This document shows positions 1-10,154 of a stretch of 64,000 nt of DNA, piece after piece. The DNA is taken from IMG/VR virus record IMGVR_UViG_3300037454_000542, positions 1 to 64,000 of that record; one strand, 5' to 3'. Position 1 is the first letter of the stretch; each line of letters begins with the position of its first letter. Origin of the DNA: a virus. Its lineage: Duplodnaviria; Caudoviricetes. Position numbers and translations under genes: made by a program. The notes under the pieces were generated by a model that worked only from the letters and a program-made list of their open reading frames with translations, did not search any database and was not told the DNA's origin.

Positions 1-97
1 GCCCTACGTAATTCAACTCCACCGAAAAAATTGCTGAGGTTAGCCTACAAAAATAATTCCAAGAATTTTAACAACATGTAATGGAGGAGGGCAAGAC

Positions 98-1999
98 ATG
101 CTTGTTGAACTTGACAAAATAATAGCCGCGAAGCAAGCAATATCGGAGCAAGCTCCCGATATGATTGCAGAGTTGCTGCACGTTGAAAAGTGGGATTCAC
201 ACAACAAGCGTGGGTGCTGTCCTTTTCACGCGGAAAACACGCCGTCCTTTATATGGGACAAAAAAAGAAATAGCTTTCACTGCTTTGGATGTTCAAAAAA
301 CGTAGACATTCTGGACGCATATATGGAAAACGGCATGACATATATGCAAGCGGTACAAAAGCTCTTTGAACTTGCCGGCGTGAAATATGCGTTCGGTGAG
401 CTCGGAGTTAAGAGCGACAACTCTTATAAGTATCCGCATCTGGAGGATTGCGGCTCTAAAGACAAAATCTATGAGTATCTCGGGCTTCGTCACATATCCC
501 CCGAAACGATAGATAACGCCGGACTTACGCAAGACGACGAAGGAAACATTTGCTTCAACTACTACGACACGGCCGACGTGTTGAAGATGGTTAAGAAGCG
601 TCCGAGCAGAAAGGTAAAGCACGGCGAAACAAAGCTGTGGTGTCAGCAGGGGAGCGACACAGCGCCGTTGTTGTTCAATATGAACAAGGTGAATGTGTCC
701 GCACCTCTGGTGATATGCGAAGGCGAAATCGATTGCTTGGCTCTTATAGAGGCCGGGGTAACAAATGCGTGTTCCATTCCATTGGGCGCCGGTAACACAC
801 ATTGGATAGAGTATAACTGGGATTGGCTCGAACAATTCGGCAGTATTGTCATATGTTTCGACAATGACGCAGCCGGTGAGAAGGCGCGAAAAGAGGTTGT
901 TCCACGCCTCGGAACGTGGCGAACGAAATACATAGAAATCCCCCATACATATCAGCTCGTCAACGAATCCACCGGAGAGATGAGAGACGTAGCTACAAAA
1001 GACGTGAACGAAGTCCTGTATTATTGCGGGAAGCAAAGCGTTATTGATCTCGTGGCAAATGCCGAAGACCCTGGAGTCCCCTCAGTCGTGGATGTTTCGG
1101 ATATTCAGGATGTTGACCTCGACGAAATGGACGGTATCTCAACAGGTATAGCGGAACTCGATGCAGAAATAATGCGGTTGTTCTACGGAACTTTGACTAT
1201 TGTCTCTGGCCTCCCTGGCGCGGGCAAGACAAGCTTCCTGAGCCAGCTCATGTGTCAGTCTCTCGAGCAGGGCAAACCTGCTTGGATGTTCAGCAGAGAA
1301 ATGCCGGGCTGGATGGAGAAAAGCTGGCTGAATTACATAATGGGCGGGCCACATTACACAAAAACATACGTGGACAAAAATGGTGCGAAATATTATAAAG
1401 TCGAGCCAGAAGCAAAGGCAAAAATAAGCAAATGCTACAATAAAATGTGGTTTTTATATCGCGATGATTGGAGCAACAAGCTGGACGATATATTGGCTTC
1501 AATGGAAGATAGCGTCCGTAAATATGGCGCAAAACTTCTGATTGTAGACAACTTAATGACCATCGACCTCGACTCCAACGAGAACAGCGAGCTGCTCAAG
1601 CAGACCGAATGTATCAACAAATTGATTAAGTTCGCGATGAAGTACGCGGTTGCGATTGTTCTGGTTGCGCACCCGAGAAAAATGCCGAAAGGCGAGGAGA
1701 TTGGTATCTACGACATAAGCGGAACGAGCAACATAATTAACTTGGCGCATCGTTCTATTGGCCTTCGTAGAATCGATCAAGAAAAAGAGAAGTCAAACTA
1801 CAATGTGTGTTTGACGATTATTAAGGACAGAATGCGCGGTAAGGCAGGAAAGAGAATAAATCTGTACTACGATGTTCCCACACGGCGGTTTTATACCAAC
1901 GAAGAGGAGTACGAGTATCAGTATCAGTGGGACGAAGCACAACACGCCCCTCTCCCGTACCCGCATTTGAATGAGAACGAGGTGTTTGGCGAATGTTGA
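98..1999 (+). CDS. Fused DNA primase-helicase (CHC2 Zn finger + TOPRIM + SF4/DnaB-like helicase; T7 gp4/Twinkle-like)
   Basis: CCPFHAENTPSF..FHCFGC Zn finger; ICEGEID and CFDND TOPRIM motifs; Walker A GLPGAGKT, LIVDNL, VAHPRK, ISGT; RBS GGAGG upstream. Confidence 0.93.
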   Translation: MLVELDKIIAAKQAISEQAPDMIAELLHVEKWDSHNKRGCCPFHAENTPSFIWDKKRNSFHCFGCSKNVDILDAYMENGMTYMQAVQKLFELAGVKYAFGELGVKSDNSYKYPHLEDCGSKDKIYEYLGLRHISPETIDNAGLTQDDEGNICFNYYDTADVLKMVKKRPSRKVKHGETKLWCQQGSDTAPLLFNMNKVNVSAPLVICEGEIDCLALIEAGVTNACSIPLGAGNTHWIEYNWDWLEQFGSIVICFDNDAAGEKARKEVVPRLGTWRTKYIEIPHTYQLVNESTGEMRDVATKDVNEVLYYCGKQSVIDLVANAEDPGVPSVVDVSDIQDVDLDEMDGISTGIAELDAEIMRLFYGTLTIVSGLPGAGKTSFLSQLMCQSLEQGKPAWMFSREMPGWMEKSWLNYIMGGPHYTKTYVDKNGAKYYKVEPEAKAKISKCYNKMWFLYRDDWSNKLDDILASMEDSVRKYGAKLLIVDNLMTIDLDSNENSELLKQTECINKLIKFAMKYAVAIVLVAHPRKMPKGEEIGIYDISGTSNIINLAHRSIGLRRIDQEKEKSNYNVCLTIIKDRMRGKAGKRINLYYDVPTRRFYTNEEEYEYQYQWDEAQHAPLPYPHLNENEVFGEC

Positions 2000-4900
2000 T
2001 ATATTGTAATTACCACCGGCATTCGCACTATACAAATGTGCGCATCTCGGACTCAGCGGTAACAAACGAAGCGTATGCGCTAAGGGCAAAGGAAGTCGGT
2101 GACGGCATTCTTTCGTCCTGCGAGCACGGTTGGCAAGGCAACTATTACGAGATTGTCAAGCTTGCAAAGGCTCACGGACTCAAGCCCTTAGTCAGCGCCG
2201 AGTGTTACTGGGTTAAAGACCGGTCTGAAAAAGACCGAACTAATTGTCATATCTTCGTAGCCGCTATGAATGAGAACGGACGTCGTGCGCTGAACAGTAT
2301 GCTGTCGGAAGCCAACCTAACGGGCTTTTACGGGCAGCCGCGTGTTGACCTACCTTTACTCCTTTCGCTACCTCAAAACGACGTTATAGTCACCACGGCG
2401 TGCGTTGCGTTCTGGCGCTATGAAGATGTTGACGAAGTCGTGTTGGCGCTTTCGAAATATTTTGGCAATCATTTCTTCCTCGAAGTACAGTACCATAATA
2501 CCCCCTCTCAGATAGCGCTCAACAAACGTATTCTGGAATTGCGCCGAAGGCTGGGGTGTGGCATTATAATGGGCTGTGACAGCCATTATATTTACCCAGA
2601 ACAGGCGCAATCCAGAACGGACTTCATTAACTCCAAAGGTATTGAATATCCGGACGAGGAAGGCTGGATGCTTGATTATCCCGACGGCGACACCGCTTAT
2701 CAGCGCTTCGCTAATCAGTGCGTGTTGTCCCACGAAGAAATACTTGAGGCTATGGAAAATACCAAAGTGTTCCTTAACGTGGAGGAATATGAAAGCCCGG
2801 TTTTCAACGACGATATTAAGCTTCCGTCCCTATACGAAGGATGGACGCAGGAACAAAAGGACGCGGAATATCAGCGCCTTGTGTGGAACGGCTGGGAAGA
2901 ATACAAGAAGGGCGTTTCACCCGAGCGTTGGCCGGAATACGAGTCAGAAATAAAGAAAGAAATCCAGACGGTGCTTGACACCAAAATGGCCGATTACTTT
3001 ATTATTGACTACGAAGTGATGAAAAAAGGTAAAGAAAATGGCGGCTGGCTCACAAAAAGCGGGCGTGGATCAGGCGCATCTTTCTTTACGAACACGCTTC
3101 TCGGATTCTCGGATATTGACCGGATTTCCGCGCCGGTGCATATGTACCCCGAAAGATTTATGAGTACGACGCGTATTCTTCAGAGCAAGGGAATCCCGGA
3201 CATCGATATGAACGAGGCTCCCACGGCGCCGTTTGTACAGGCTCAGGCAGAAGTTCTCGGGCAGGCACACTCATTCCCGATGATTGCCTACGGCACGATG
3301 AAGAAATCGGCAGCGTGGAAGCTTTACGCGAAGTCTCAGGGCATACCGTTCGCGGTTGCAAACGCGGTATCAGAACAGATTGCTCGCTACGAAATGGCAG
3401 TTAAACACGCCGACGAGGACGACAAAGACTCTATCGATATTAACAAGTACATTTCCAAAGAGTACAGAGAAGTGTACGATAAGAGCGCCGAATACCTCGG
3501 GCTGATAACTTCTTGGTCAATCGCCCCCTGTTCTTCGTTGATTTACGAAGGAGACATCCGAGAAGAAATCGGTCTTGTGCGAGTAAAAGACAACATCTGC
3601 TGTCTGATGGATGGCCATTGGGCAGAGGAGGGGCATTTCCTGAAGAACGACCATTTAAAAGTCTCGGTCGTGGAACTAATTTACAAAGCGTATCGACGCA
3701 TTGGAATGGAGCCGCCGCCGGTTAAAACTCTTCTGGAAATGTGTCCTCCTACCGATCCCGCGTGGGACGTTTATGAGAAAGGCTGCACGCTGGGAATTAA
3801 CCAGTGCGAAAGCGAAGGAACGCGGTCGAAGGCAATGAAATACAAGCCACGCAACATTTCTGAGCTTTCCGCATTTGTGGCGGCTATCCGGCCGGGCGGT
3901 GCATCGTTCTACAAGAAGTTTGAAAGCCGCGAACCATTCTCATACGGAGTCAAAGCGTTTGACGACCTGATCCAGACGAAAGAGTTTCCGTACAGTTTCC
4001 TGCTCTATCAGGAACAAGTAATGAGAGCCCTGAACTACGCTGGAATCGACATGGCCGATTGCTACACAGCTATCAAAAATATCGCGAAAAAGCGCGCAGA
4101 CAAAGTTCTCGCTTACAAAGACACATTCATTGATGGTTTCGCAAAAGCAATTATCAGAGACGAAGGCAAAAGCGAGGAAGAAGCGCAGGCGCTTGCTGAA
4201 TCCCTGTGGAAAGTCGTAGAAGACTCCGCAGGCTATTCTTTCAACGCCAGCCACTCATACTGCGTCGCGATTGACAGCTTGTACGGAGCGTGGCTTAAAG
4301 CCCACCATCCGCTTGAGTTCTACGAACAGTACATTGCCATAATGGAAGAAAAGGGCGACAAGGACAAAGTCCTCTCTGCCCGCAAAGAAGCATCCGAATA
4401 TTTTGGCATTGTGTTTGAGCCGCTGAGATTCGGGCAGAACAACAGCAGTACGCACATCGGAGAACACAATACGATAATCAGCTCTATTGCAACTATTAAA
4501 GGATACAGTGCTGCCGTTGGAAGAAACCTTTACTATTGCAGCCAGAGAGCCCCTTCTACATTCGTTGAAGTTCTCGATCTGATGGACTCAAAAGGCATCA
4601 AGCAAGCGAAGTATGAGCCGCTAATTCAAGTCGGATATTTCTCGGATTTTGGCAATCAGGGCGAGCTTGAAATGATAGCCGAATCTTGGGAGGCGCTCAA
4701 ACAAGGGTATGCGAAAAACGTTCGCAAAGACTCGGTCGAAGGATTGTTCAAAGAGGTCATTGAGAACCACACTATTGGCACGACTAAAACCGGCAAGGAT
4801 GCGGCTTCATACTCATTCTCATCGAGAGATGACGTGCTTCGGTGCTTGGGAGAATACGAAGGCCGCGTAAAAGCACTGGGACTTCCCGAAGCGCCGTTAA

Positions 4901-5208
4901 GAACGCAGATACATAAGTGCGTTGAAATACTCGGATTCTGCGATGTAAAGACGGGCAACCCCGACGACCGACGCAGACTCATTATTCTGGACGTCATGCC
5001 GATCAAAGCGCAGGTTTCGCGCAACGGCGCGGTTTGGGGATACAGAGTAACGACAAAAAGTTTAGGGACAGGCAAGTTGGCAAGGCTGACGGTAAAGGCC
5101 GAAATGTACGACAACAAGCCATTAAACGAGGGAGACATTGTTTACGCAAATAATGTTTACCTTAATGACAAAGGGTATTGGTACTTAACACAGTACACAA
5201 TCGAATAA
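1993..5208 (+). CDS. dnaE: DNA polymerase III alpha subunit (family C, PHP domain)
   Basis: N-terminal YHRHSHY PHP motif, GCDSHY, SGRGSG, PDID catalytic motif, AAIRPG, LYQEQVM, GYSFNASHS. Confidence 0.95.
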   Translation: MLIYCNYHRHSHYTNVRISDSAVTNEAYALRAKEVGDGILSSCEHGWQGNYYEIVKLAKAHGLKPLVSAECYWVKDRSEKDRTNCHIFVAAMNENGRRALNSMLSEANLTGFYGQPRVDLPLLLSLPQNDVIVTTACVAFWRYEDVDEVVLALSKYFGNHFFLEVQYHNTPSQIALNKRILELRRRLGCGIIMGCDSHYIYPEQAQSRTDFINSKGIEYPDEEGWMLDYPDGDTAYQRFANQCVLSHEEILEAMENTKVFLNVEEYESPVFNDDIKLPSLYEGWTQEQKDAEYQRLVWNGWEEYKKGVSPERWPEYESEIKKEIQTVLDTKMADYFIIDYEVMKKGKENGGWLTKSGRGSGASFFTNTLLGFSDIDRISAPVHMYPERFMSTTRILQSKGIPDIDMNEAPTAPFVQAQAEVLGQAHSFPMIAYGTMKKSAAWKLYAKSQGIPFAVANAVSEQIARYEMAVKHADEDDKDSIDINKYISKEYREVYDKSAEYLGLITSWSIAPCSSLIYEGDIREEIGLVRVKDNICCLMDGHWAEEGHFLKNDHLKVSVVELIYKAYRRIGMEPPPVKTLLEMCPPTDPAWDVYEKGCTLGINQCESEGTRSKAMKYKPRNISELSAFVAAIRPGGASFYKKFESREPFSYGVKAFDDLIQTKEFPYSFLLYQEQVMRALNYAGIDMADCYTAIKNIAKKRADKVLAYKDTFIDGFAKAIIRDEGKSEEEAQALAESLWKVVEDSAGYSFNASHSYCVAIDSLYGAWLKAHHPLEFYEQYIAIMEEKGDKDKVLSARKEASEYFGIVFEPLRFGQNNSSTHIGEHNTIISSIATIKGYSAAVGRNLYYCSQRAPSTFVEVLDLMDSKGIKQAKYEPLIQVGYFSDFGNQGELEMIAESWEALKQGYAKNVRKDSVEGLFKEVIENHTIGTTKTGKDAASYSFSSRDDVLRCLGEYEGRVKALGLPEAPLRTQIHKCVEILGFCDVKTGNPDDRRRLIILDVMPIKAQVSRNGAVWGYRVTTKSLGTGKLARLTVKAEMYDNKPLNEGDIVYANNVYLNDKGYWYLTQYTIE

Positions 5209-5227
5209 CGGAGGATTTTACAACACT

Positions 5228-5863
5228 ATGGACGATTTGACTGAAATTTTTGCAGTAGAACCGCAGGTGAATGATACACTGGCAAACCTGCAATTACCCG
5301 ATCCGATGCTCCTTAACTACTACAAAGATACAGAAAAAAGAATGTACTTTTTAGAGGGAGACATATGCGACGACACGCTTGAACTGGCAAAGTTCATCAT
5401 AAGATGCAATCTTATTGATAAAGACTTGCCGACGGAAAAGCGGAAACCAATCTATGTATACATAAACAGCCTTGGCGGAGACGTGCAGATTTTGTGGACA
5501 GTGGTCAATGTCATGCAGTTAAGTAAGACTCCGATCTATACGATTGCATACTGCAATACGATGAGCGCGGCGGCCTACCTGCTTGTAGCGGGGCATAAGC
5601 GTTTCGCTCTTCCCGGCGCCACTATCCTGGTACATTCCGGCAGTTGCAGTTTTAACGGCGATGTTGAAAAAGTGGAGTCTGCTAAAAAGTTTTATGACGG
5701 TATGTCCCAGAAGGCAAACGCTTTATTACTTAGCAAGACAACAATCCCGCCCAAAGATCTGAAACGCAAGGGCGCGTCCGACTGGTACATGACCGCGGAA
5801 GAAGCCCTTGCGTACAACATGATTGACGAGTTGGTTACGGATTTGGACACGATTTTACCGTAA
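5228..5863 (+). CDS. clpP: ClpP-like serine protease
   Basis: YINSLGG, MSAA (Ser), LVHS (His), DWYMTAEEAL.Y.MID (Asp). Confidence 0.88.
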   Translation: MDDLTEIFAVEPQVNDTLANLQLPDPMLLNYYKDTEKRMYFLEGDICDDTLELAKFIIRCNLIDKDLPTEKRKPIYVYINSLGGDVQILWTVVNVMQLSKTPIYTIAYCNTMSAAAYLLVAGHKRFALPGATILVHSGSCSFNGDVEKVESAKKFYDGMSQKANALLLSKTTIPPKDLKRKGASDWYMTAEEALAYNMIDELVTDLDTILP

Positions 5864-5874
5864 GGAGGTGCGGT

Positions 5875-7113
5875 ATGACATATGAAGTTGAAGGATGCTC
5901 GTGCGTCTCAAACGCCAAAGTTTACGGTTTGGAGGATAGCATAAGACGAGCAAAGTTTCCCATGTCTGTGAACACGGGTGGCATAATAAGCCCAGATGAG
6001 CTATCATTTTGGGAACGCGACGGGTTTTTGCGGAAATTTATCTCTCACATTGATGGGAATGAATACCCGTTGTACAGTTTTGCTGATGATGGCAGTGTAA
6101 TCATGCAAATACGCAAGGAAGATGGCACGGTGGTGGATGTCTTGCTAGACGAGGAAGACGTTCCAAAAATTTTCCCTTACAAGTGGCATTGCGATAAGTA
6201 CTGCAAGTCTGCCGAGGCCGGGTTCATGCACCGCCTAATTATGGGATGTGCAGTGCATGACAATGGTGAACTGGTTGTAGATCATATAAACAGAAACCCA
6301 TTTGATAACCGCAAAGAAAACCTGCGCTTGGCAACAAAACAGCAAAATGGGTTTAATTCAAAGATAAGGGATAACAATAAAAGCGGTGTCATGGGTGTGT
6401 CTTGGAGTACCGATAAAAGAAAGTGGAGGGCATATCTTAGCGTAGATGGTTGCCAACTGTTTCTTGGGTATTATGACACTTTCGACGACGCTGTTAAAGC
6501 GCGCCTAATTAAAGAGCAGGAAATATGTGGTGCGTTTGCTCCGCAAGCATTTTTGTTTGAAAAATACCAGATTCAAAGCCCGACCCTTGCAAAAGACTGC
6601 TGCAAAAAATTAAGCCTACAAGAAGCTATTGCGGCTCACAGAAATATCGCGCGTCTTGCGAACACCCAAAAAGGAACTGGACACGACCAGGCTTTAACCG
6701 GCGTCATTGTTCAGTTTGACCTGAGCTTTTCTAATAAAGCGTGGGTGGAGGCGGAGAGATACCACTTCCTCGACTTTGTGAGTTCCCAAAGCACAATGCA
6801 CCGCATCACAAAGTTTAACCTCGATAAGGCATACAATCGCTACGTTGACCGCAGAATTGTCGCACTTATGAAGGGCAAAGTCGCAAGGTACAACGAGGAA
6901 TCTGATCCTGAGAAGCGGAAAGAAATGTATCTCGAAATACTGTACTCAAATCCGGCAGGCTTCATCATTACCGCGGGAATGACAACCAACTACCGCCAGC
7001 TTAAAACAATCTATGCCCAGCGCAAAGACCACCGGCTGCCGGAATGGAGAGAGTTCTGCAAATGGATCGAAAGACTCCCGATGAGCGAACTAATAACAGG
7101 TGAGTTAGAATGA
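5875..7113 (+). CDS. ThyX/Thy1-like flavin-dependent thymidylate synthase homologue with an in-frame HNH-AP2 endonuclease insertion
   Basis: C-terminal GHDQ..VQFDL..EAERYHFLDFVSSQSTMHR and NYRQLK..QRKDHRLPEW resemble the ThyX RHR..SxR and NxRxL..R motifs; the central part is an HNH-AP2 domain. Confidence 0.7.
   Translation: MTYEVEGCSCVSNAKVYGLEDSIRRAKFPMSVNTGGIISPDELSFWERDGFLRKFISHIDGNEYPLYSFADDGSVIMQIRKEDGTVVDVLLDEEDVPKIFPYKWHCDKYCKSAEAGFMHRLIMGCAVHDNGELVVDHINRNPFDNRKENLRLATKQQNGFNSKIRDNNKSGVMGVSWSTDKRKWRAYLSVDGCQLFLGYYDTFDDAVKARLIKEQEICGAFAPQAFLFEKYQIQSPTLAKDCCKKLSLQEAIAAHRNIARLANTQKGTGHDQALTGVIVQFDLSFSNKAWVEAERYHFLDFVSSQSTMHRITKFNLDKAYNRYVDRRIVALMKGKVARYNEESDPEKRKEMYLEILYSNPAGFIITAGMTTNYRQLKTIYAQRKDHRLPEWREFCKWIERLPMSELITGELE
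6070..6560 (+). mobile_element. HNH-AP2 homing endonuclease domain embedded in the ThyX-like gene (boundaries approximate)
   Basis: FMHRLIMG..VDHINRNPFDNRKENLRLAT (HNH) followed by SGVMGVSW..KWRAYL..LGYYDTFDDAVKAR (AP2). Confidence 0.85.
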
Positions 7114-7649
7114 CAAAGTTTGTTTGCATTAGCGGAAAAGCGCAGCACGGTAAGGACACTACCGCCGGATACCTAAGGGAAATACTCAAAGCGGATAACA
7201 AGCGAGTAATAATCATCCATTATGCCGACCTGTTGAAGTTCATTTGCCAAAAATATTTTGGCTGGGATGGGCAGAAAGATGCCACAGGAAGGAGACTTTT
7301 GCAGGTCGTGGGAACGGATGTTGTCCGCGCTAAGAAGCCGGACTTCTGGGTAGATTTCGTGATTGAGATCGTCAAGCTGTTCAGCGGCGAGTGGGACTAC
7401 GTTATTGTTCCAGACACTCGCTTCCCGAACGAGCTTTACAGACTGGAAGATTCAGGATTCGAAGTAAGGCATATAGAAGTCATACGCCCGAATTTTGACA
7501 ACGGTCTGGACGAAACCCAGAAAAAGCACCCTTCCGAAACGGCAATGGACAGGATCAATCCGAACTACACGATATACAACGACGGAACGCTGGATGACTT
7601 GCGGGCGAAAGTTGCTACTTGTGCGAAGTTATTATTCAATCAGTTTTGA
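7110..7649 (+). CDS. Deoxynucleoside monophosphate kinase
   Basis: P-loop ISGKAQHGKDT, YADLLK, RRLLQVVGTD, PDTRFPNE, HPSE, NDGTL typical of phage dNMP kinases; ATGA overlap with the upstream gene. Confidence 0.85.
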   Translation: MTKFVCISGKAQHGKDTTAGYLREILKADNKRVIIIHYADLLKFICQKYFGWDGQKDATGRRLLQVVGTDVVRAKKPDFWVDFVIEIVKLFSGEWDYVIVPDTRFPNELYRLEDSGFEVRHIEVIRPNFDNGLDETQKKHPSETAMDRINPNYTIYNDGTLDDLRAKVATCAKLLFNQF

Positions 7650-7670
7650 ACAAAGTTAGGTGAAAATAGA

Positions 7671-10154
7671 ATGAAAGTCATTAAAAGAAATGGCGAAGAG
7701 GTAGATTTTTGCAAGAAAAAAATAGAAAACGCAATTACGCGTGCGGTTGACGAAATCCGCGAAACAAACCCCGACGAGGTTCTTTCAAACTCAGCGATTC
7801 AGGCGATAGCCACAAGGCTCTACGAACGCTGCAGAAAAAGAAAGAGCAGCACATCCGTGGAGGAAATTCAGGACATGGTGGAGAAAGAGCTAATGAAGGC
7901 CGGGGCTTACACCACAGCTAAGAAATACATACTCTACCGGCAGCAGAGAAAAAAGATCCGCGACACCTCGGATACACTGATTGACTATAAAAAGACGGTG
8001 GACAATTACCTGCACGTAAAAGACTGGAGAGTTAAAGAGAACTCAACTGTTACCTACTCAATAGGCGGCTTGATTCTCTCTAACTCCGGCGCGATAACGG
8101 CGAACTACTGGCTGTCCGAGATTTACGATGAAGAGATTGCCAACGCCCACAGGAACGCGGATATACATATTCACGACCTGTCCATGTTGACGGGGTATTG
8201 CGCCGGGTGGTCTTTGAAGCAGTTGATTCAGGAAGGGCTTGGCGGCGTGCCGGGCAAGATCACTTCCTCTCCCGCAAGTCACTTGTCAACTCTGTGTAAT
8301 CAGATGGTTAATTTCTTAGGCATTATGCAAAATGAATGGGCCGGTGCACAAGCATTTTCATCGTTTGACACTTATCTTGCTCCTTTTGTAAAGGTAGATA
8401 ATCTGTCATACAAAGAAGTCAAACAGTGTATTCAGTCCTTCATTTACGGTGTGAATACACCCTCGCGATGGGGCACGCAAGCTCCATTTACCAACATCAC
8501 CCTCGACTGGACGGTTCCTGATGATCTGGCCGAACTCAACTGTATCGTCGGCGGCAAAGAACAAAACTTCTGCTACAAAGATTGCCAAAAGGAAATGGAT
8601 TTGGTAAACAAAGCCTTCATCGAGATTATGATTGAGGGCGATGCAAACGGGCGCGGATTCCAGTATCCGATTCCGACCTATTCCATTACGAAAGACTTTG
8701 ACTGGTCTGATACGGAAAACAACCGGCTGCTGTTTGAGATGACCGCCAAATACGGCACACCGTACTTCTCCAACTACATCAACAGCGATATGGAGCCTAG
8801 CGATGTGCGTTCGATGTGCTGCCGTCTTCGCCTCGACCTGCGCGAACTGCGTAAAAAGTCCGGTGGCTTCTTCGGCAGCGGAGAGAGCACAGGGTCAATT
8901 GGCGTCGTAACTATCAACCTCCCGCGTATTGCGTACCTCGCAGAGGATGAAGAAGACTTCTTCGCACGACTTGACAAGCAGATGGACATCGCCGCGCGAT
9001 CTCTGGACATAAAGAGGACTGTCATCGAAAACCTGCTTGAAACAGGACTCTATCCATACACTAAACGGTACTTGGGCTCGTTCAATAACCACTTCTCCAC
9101 GATTGGTCTGGTTGGTATGAACGAGGCCGGGTTAAATGCCCGCTGGATTGGCAAAGATATGACGGAGCCTGTGACTCAAGAGTTCGCGAAGAAAGTATTA
9201 CTGCACATGCGGGAGAGGCTCTCCGACTATCAGGAAAAATACGGAGACCTGTTTAATCTGGAGGCGACACCAGCAGAGTCCACGAGCTATCGCTTGGCGA
9301 AGCACGATGTGGCGCAGTATCCCGACATCATCACAGCGGGCGGAGAATGCGGCGAGCCGTACTACACGAACTCCTCACATCTTCCGGTGGGCTACACCGA
9401 GGACATTTTCTCTGCGCTGGATATTCAGAACGAGCTGCAGACGCTTTACACTTCCGGCACCGTCTTTCACGCTTTCTTAGGCGAGAAGTTGCCGAGCTGG
9501 AAGTCTGCAATGCGGTTAGTACGAAGTATTGCAGAGAACTACAAAATCCCGTACTACACGATTTCTCCCACATATTCCGTTTGCAAAACGCACGGATATA
9601 TCGAGGGTGAGAAATACACCTGCGACAAGTGCGGCGAAAACACAGAAGTTTACAGCAGAATTACTGGTTATTACAGGCCGGTGCAGAACTGGAACGACGG
9701 CAAAGCTCAGGAGTTCAAAGATCGCAAGACGTACAACACCGCCAACAAACAGCCGTTATTCGAGGAAGAGCACGAGCACAAGTGTGGCGAGGACGGATGC
9801 GACTTTGGCGACGCCACCGAAGATCCGACTAATGCTCCGCAAGACCTTTCAAAGCTATTCACGGTGACGTCGTATGTTCTGGTAGCAACTACTACTTGCC
9901 CGAACTGCAAAATGGCCGCAAGGTGGCTGGACGATTCTGGACTTGATTATCTGGAAGTGTTCGCGGATGAGAACAGAGAACTCGCGGATCGTTACGGCAT
10001 AGCAAAAGCACCCACGCTGCTTGTTCTTTACCGCGATTATGTTGACAACACCACAGACGCCGTATCTGAAACCTACACGAAGCTGTCCGGACTTTCTGAG
10101 ATTAGAAGATTCCTTACAAACCTTGCACTGGAAGCAGGTGGGCAGAATGAATGA
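7671..10154 (+). CDS. nrdD: Anaerobic (class III) ribonucleoside-triphosphate reductase with ATP-cone and C-terminal glutaredoxin-like domain
   Basis: VIKRNG ATP-cone; HIHDL, SMCCRL, EATPAES, CxxH..CxxC Zn site, RITGYY glycyl-radical motif; C-terminal CPNC..APTL thioredoxin fold. Confidence 0.96.
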   Translation: MKVIKRNGEEVDFCKKKIENAITRAVDEIRETNPDEVLSNSAIQAIATRLYERCRKRKSSTSVEEIQDMVEKELMKAGAYTTAKKYILYRQQRKKIRDTSDTLIDYKKTVDNYLHVKDWRVKENSTVTYSIGGLILSNSGAITANYWLSEIYDEEIANAHRNADIHIHDLSMLTGYCAGWSLKQLIQEGLGGVPGKITSSPASHLSTLCNQMVNFLGIMQNEWAGAQAFSSFDTYLAPFVKVDNLSYKEVKQCIQSFIYGVNTPSRWGTQAPFTNITLDWTVPDDLAELNCIVGGKEQNFCYKDCQKEMDLVNKAFIEIMIEGDANGRGFQYPIPTYSITKDFDWSDTENNRLLFEMTAKYGTPYFSNYINSDMEPSDVRSMCCRLRLDLRELRKKSGGFFGSGESTGSIGVVTINLPRIAYLAEDEEDFFARLDKQMDIAARSLDIKRTVIENLLETGLYPYTKRYLGSFNNHFSTIGLVGMNEAGLNARWIGKDMTEPVTQEFAKKVLLHMRERLSDYQEKYGDLFNLEATPAESTSYRLAKHDVAQYPDIITAGGECGEPYYTNSSHLPVGYTEDIFSALDIQNELQTLYTSGTVFHAFLGEKLPSWKSAMRLVRSIAENYKIPYYTISPTYSVCKTHGYIEGEKYTCDKCGENTEVYSRITGYYRPVQNWNDGKAQEFKDRKTYNTANKQPLFEEEHEHKCGEDGCDFGDATEDPTNAPQDLSKLFTVTSYVLVATTTCPNCKMAARWLDDSGLDYLEVFADENRELADRYGIAKAPTLLVLYRDYVDNTTDAVSETYTKLSGLSEIRRFLTNLALEAGGQNE

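Noticed and set aside
5960-6670. Intein or group I intron around the HNH
   Set aside because: No Hint-domain motifs or His-Asn terminus, no visible P7 consensus, and the frame is open throughout.
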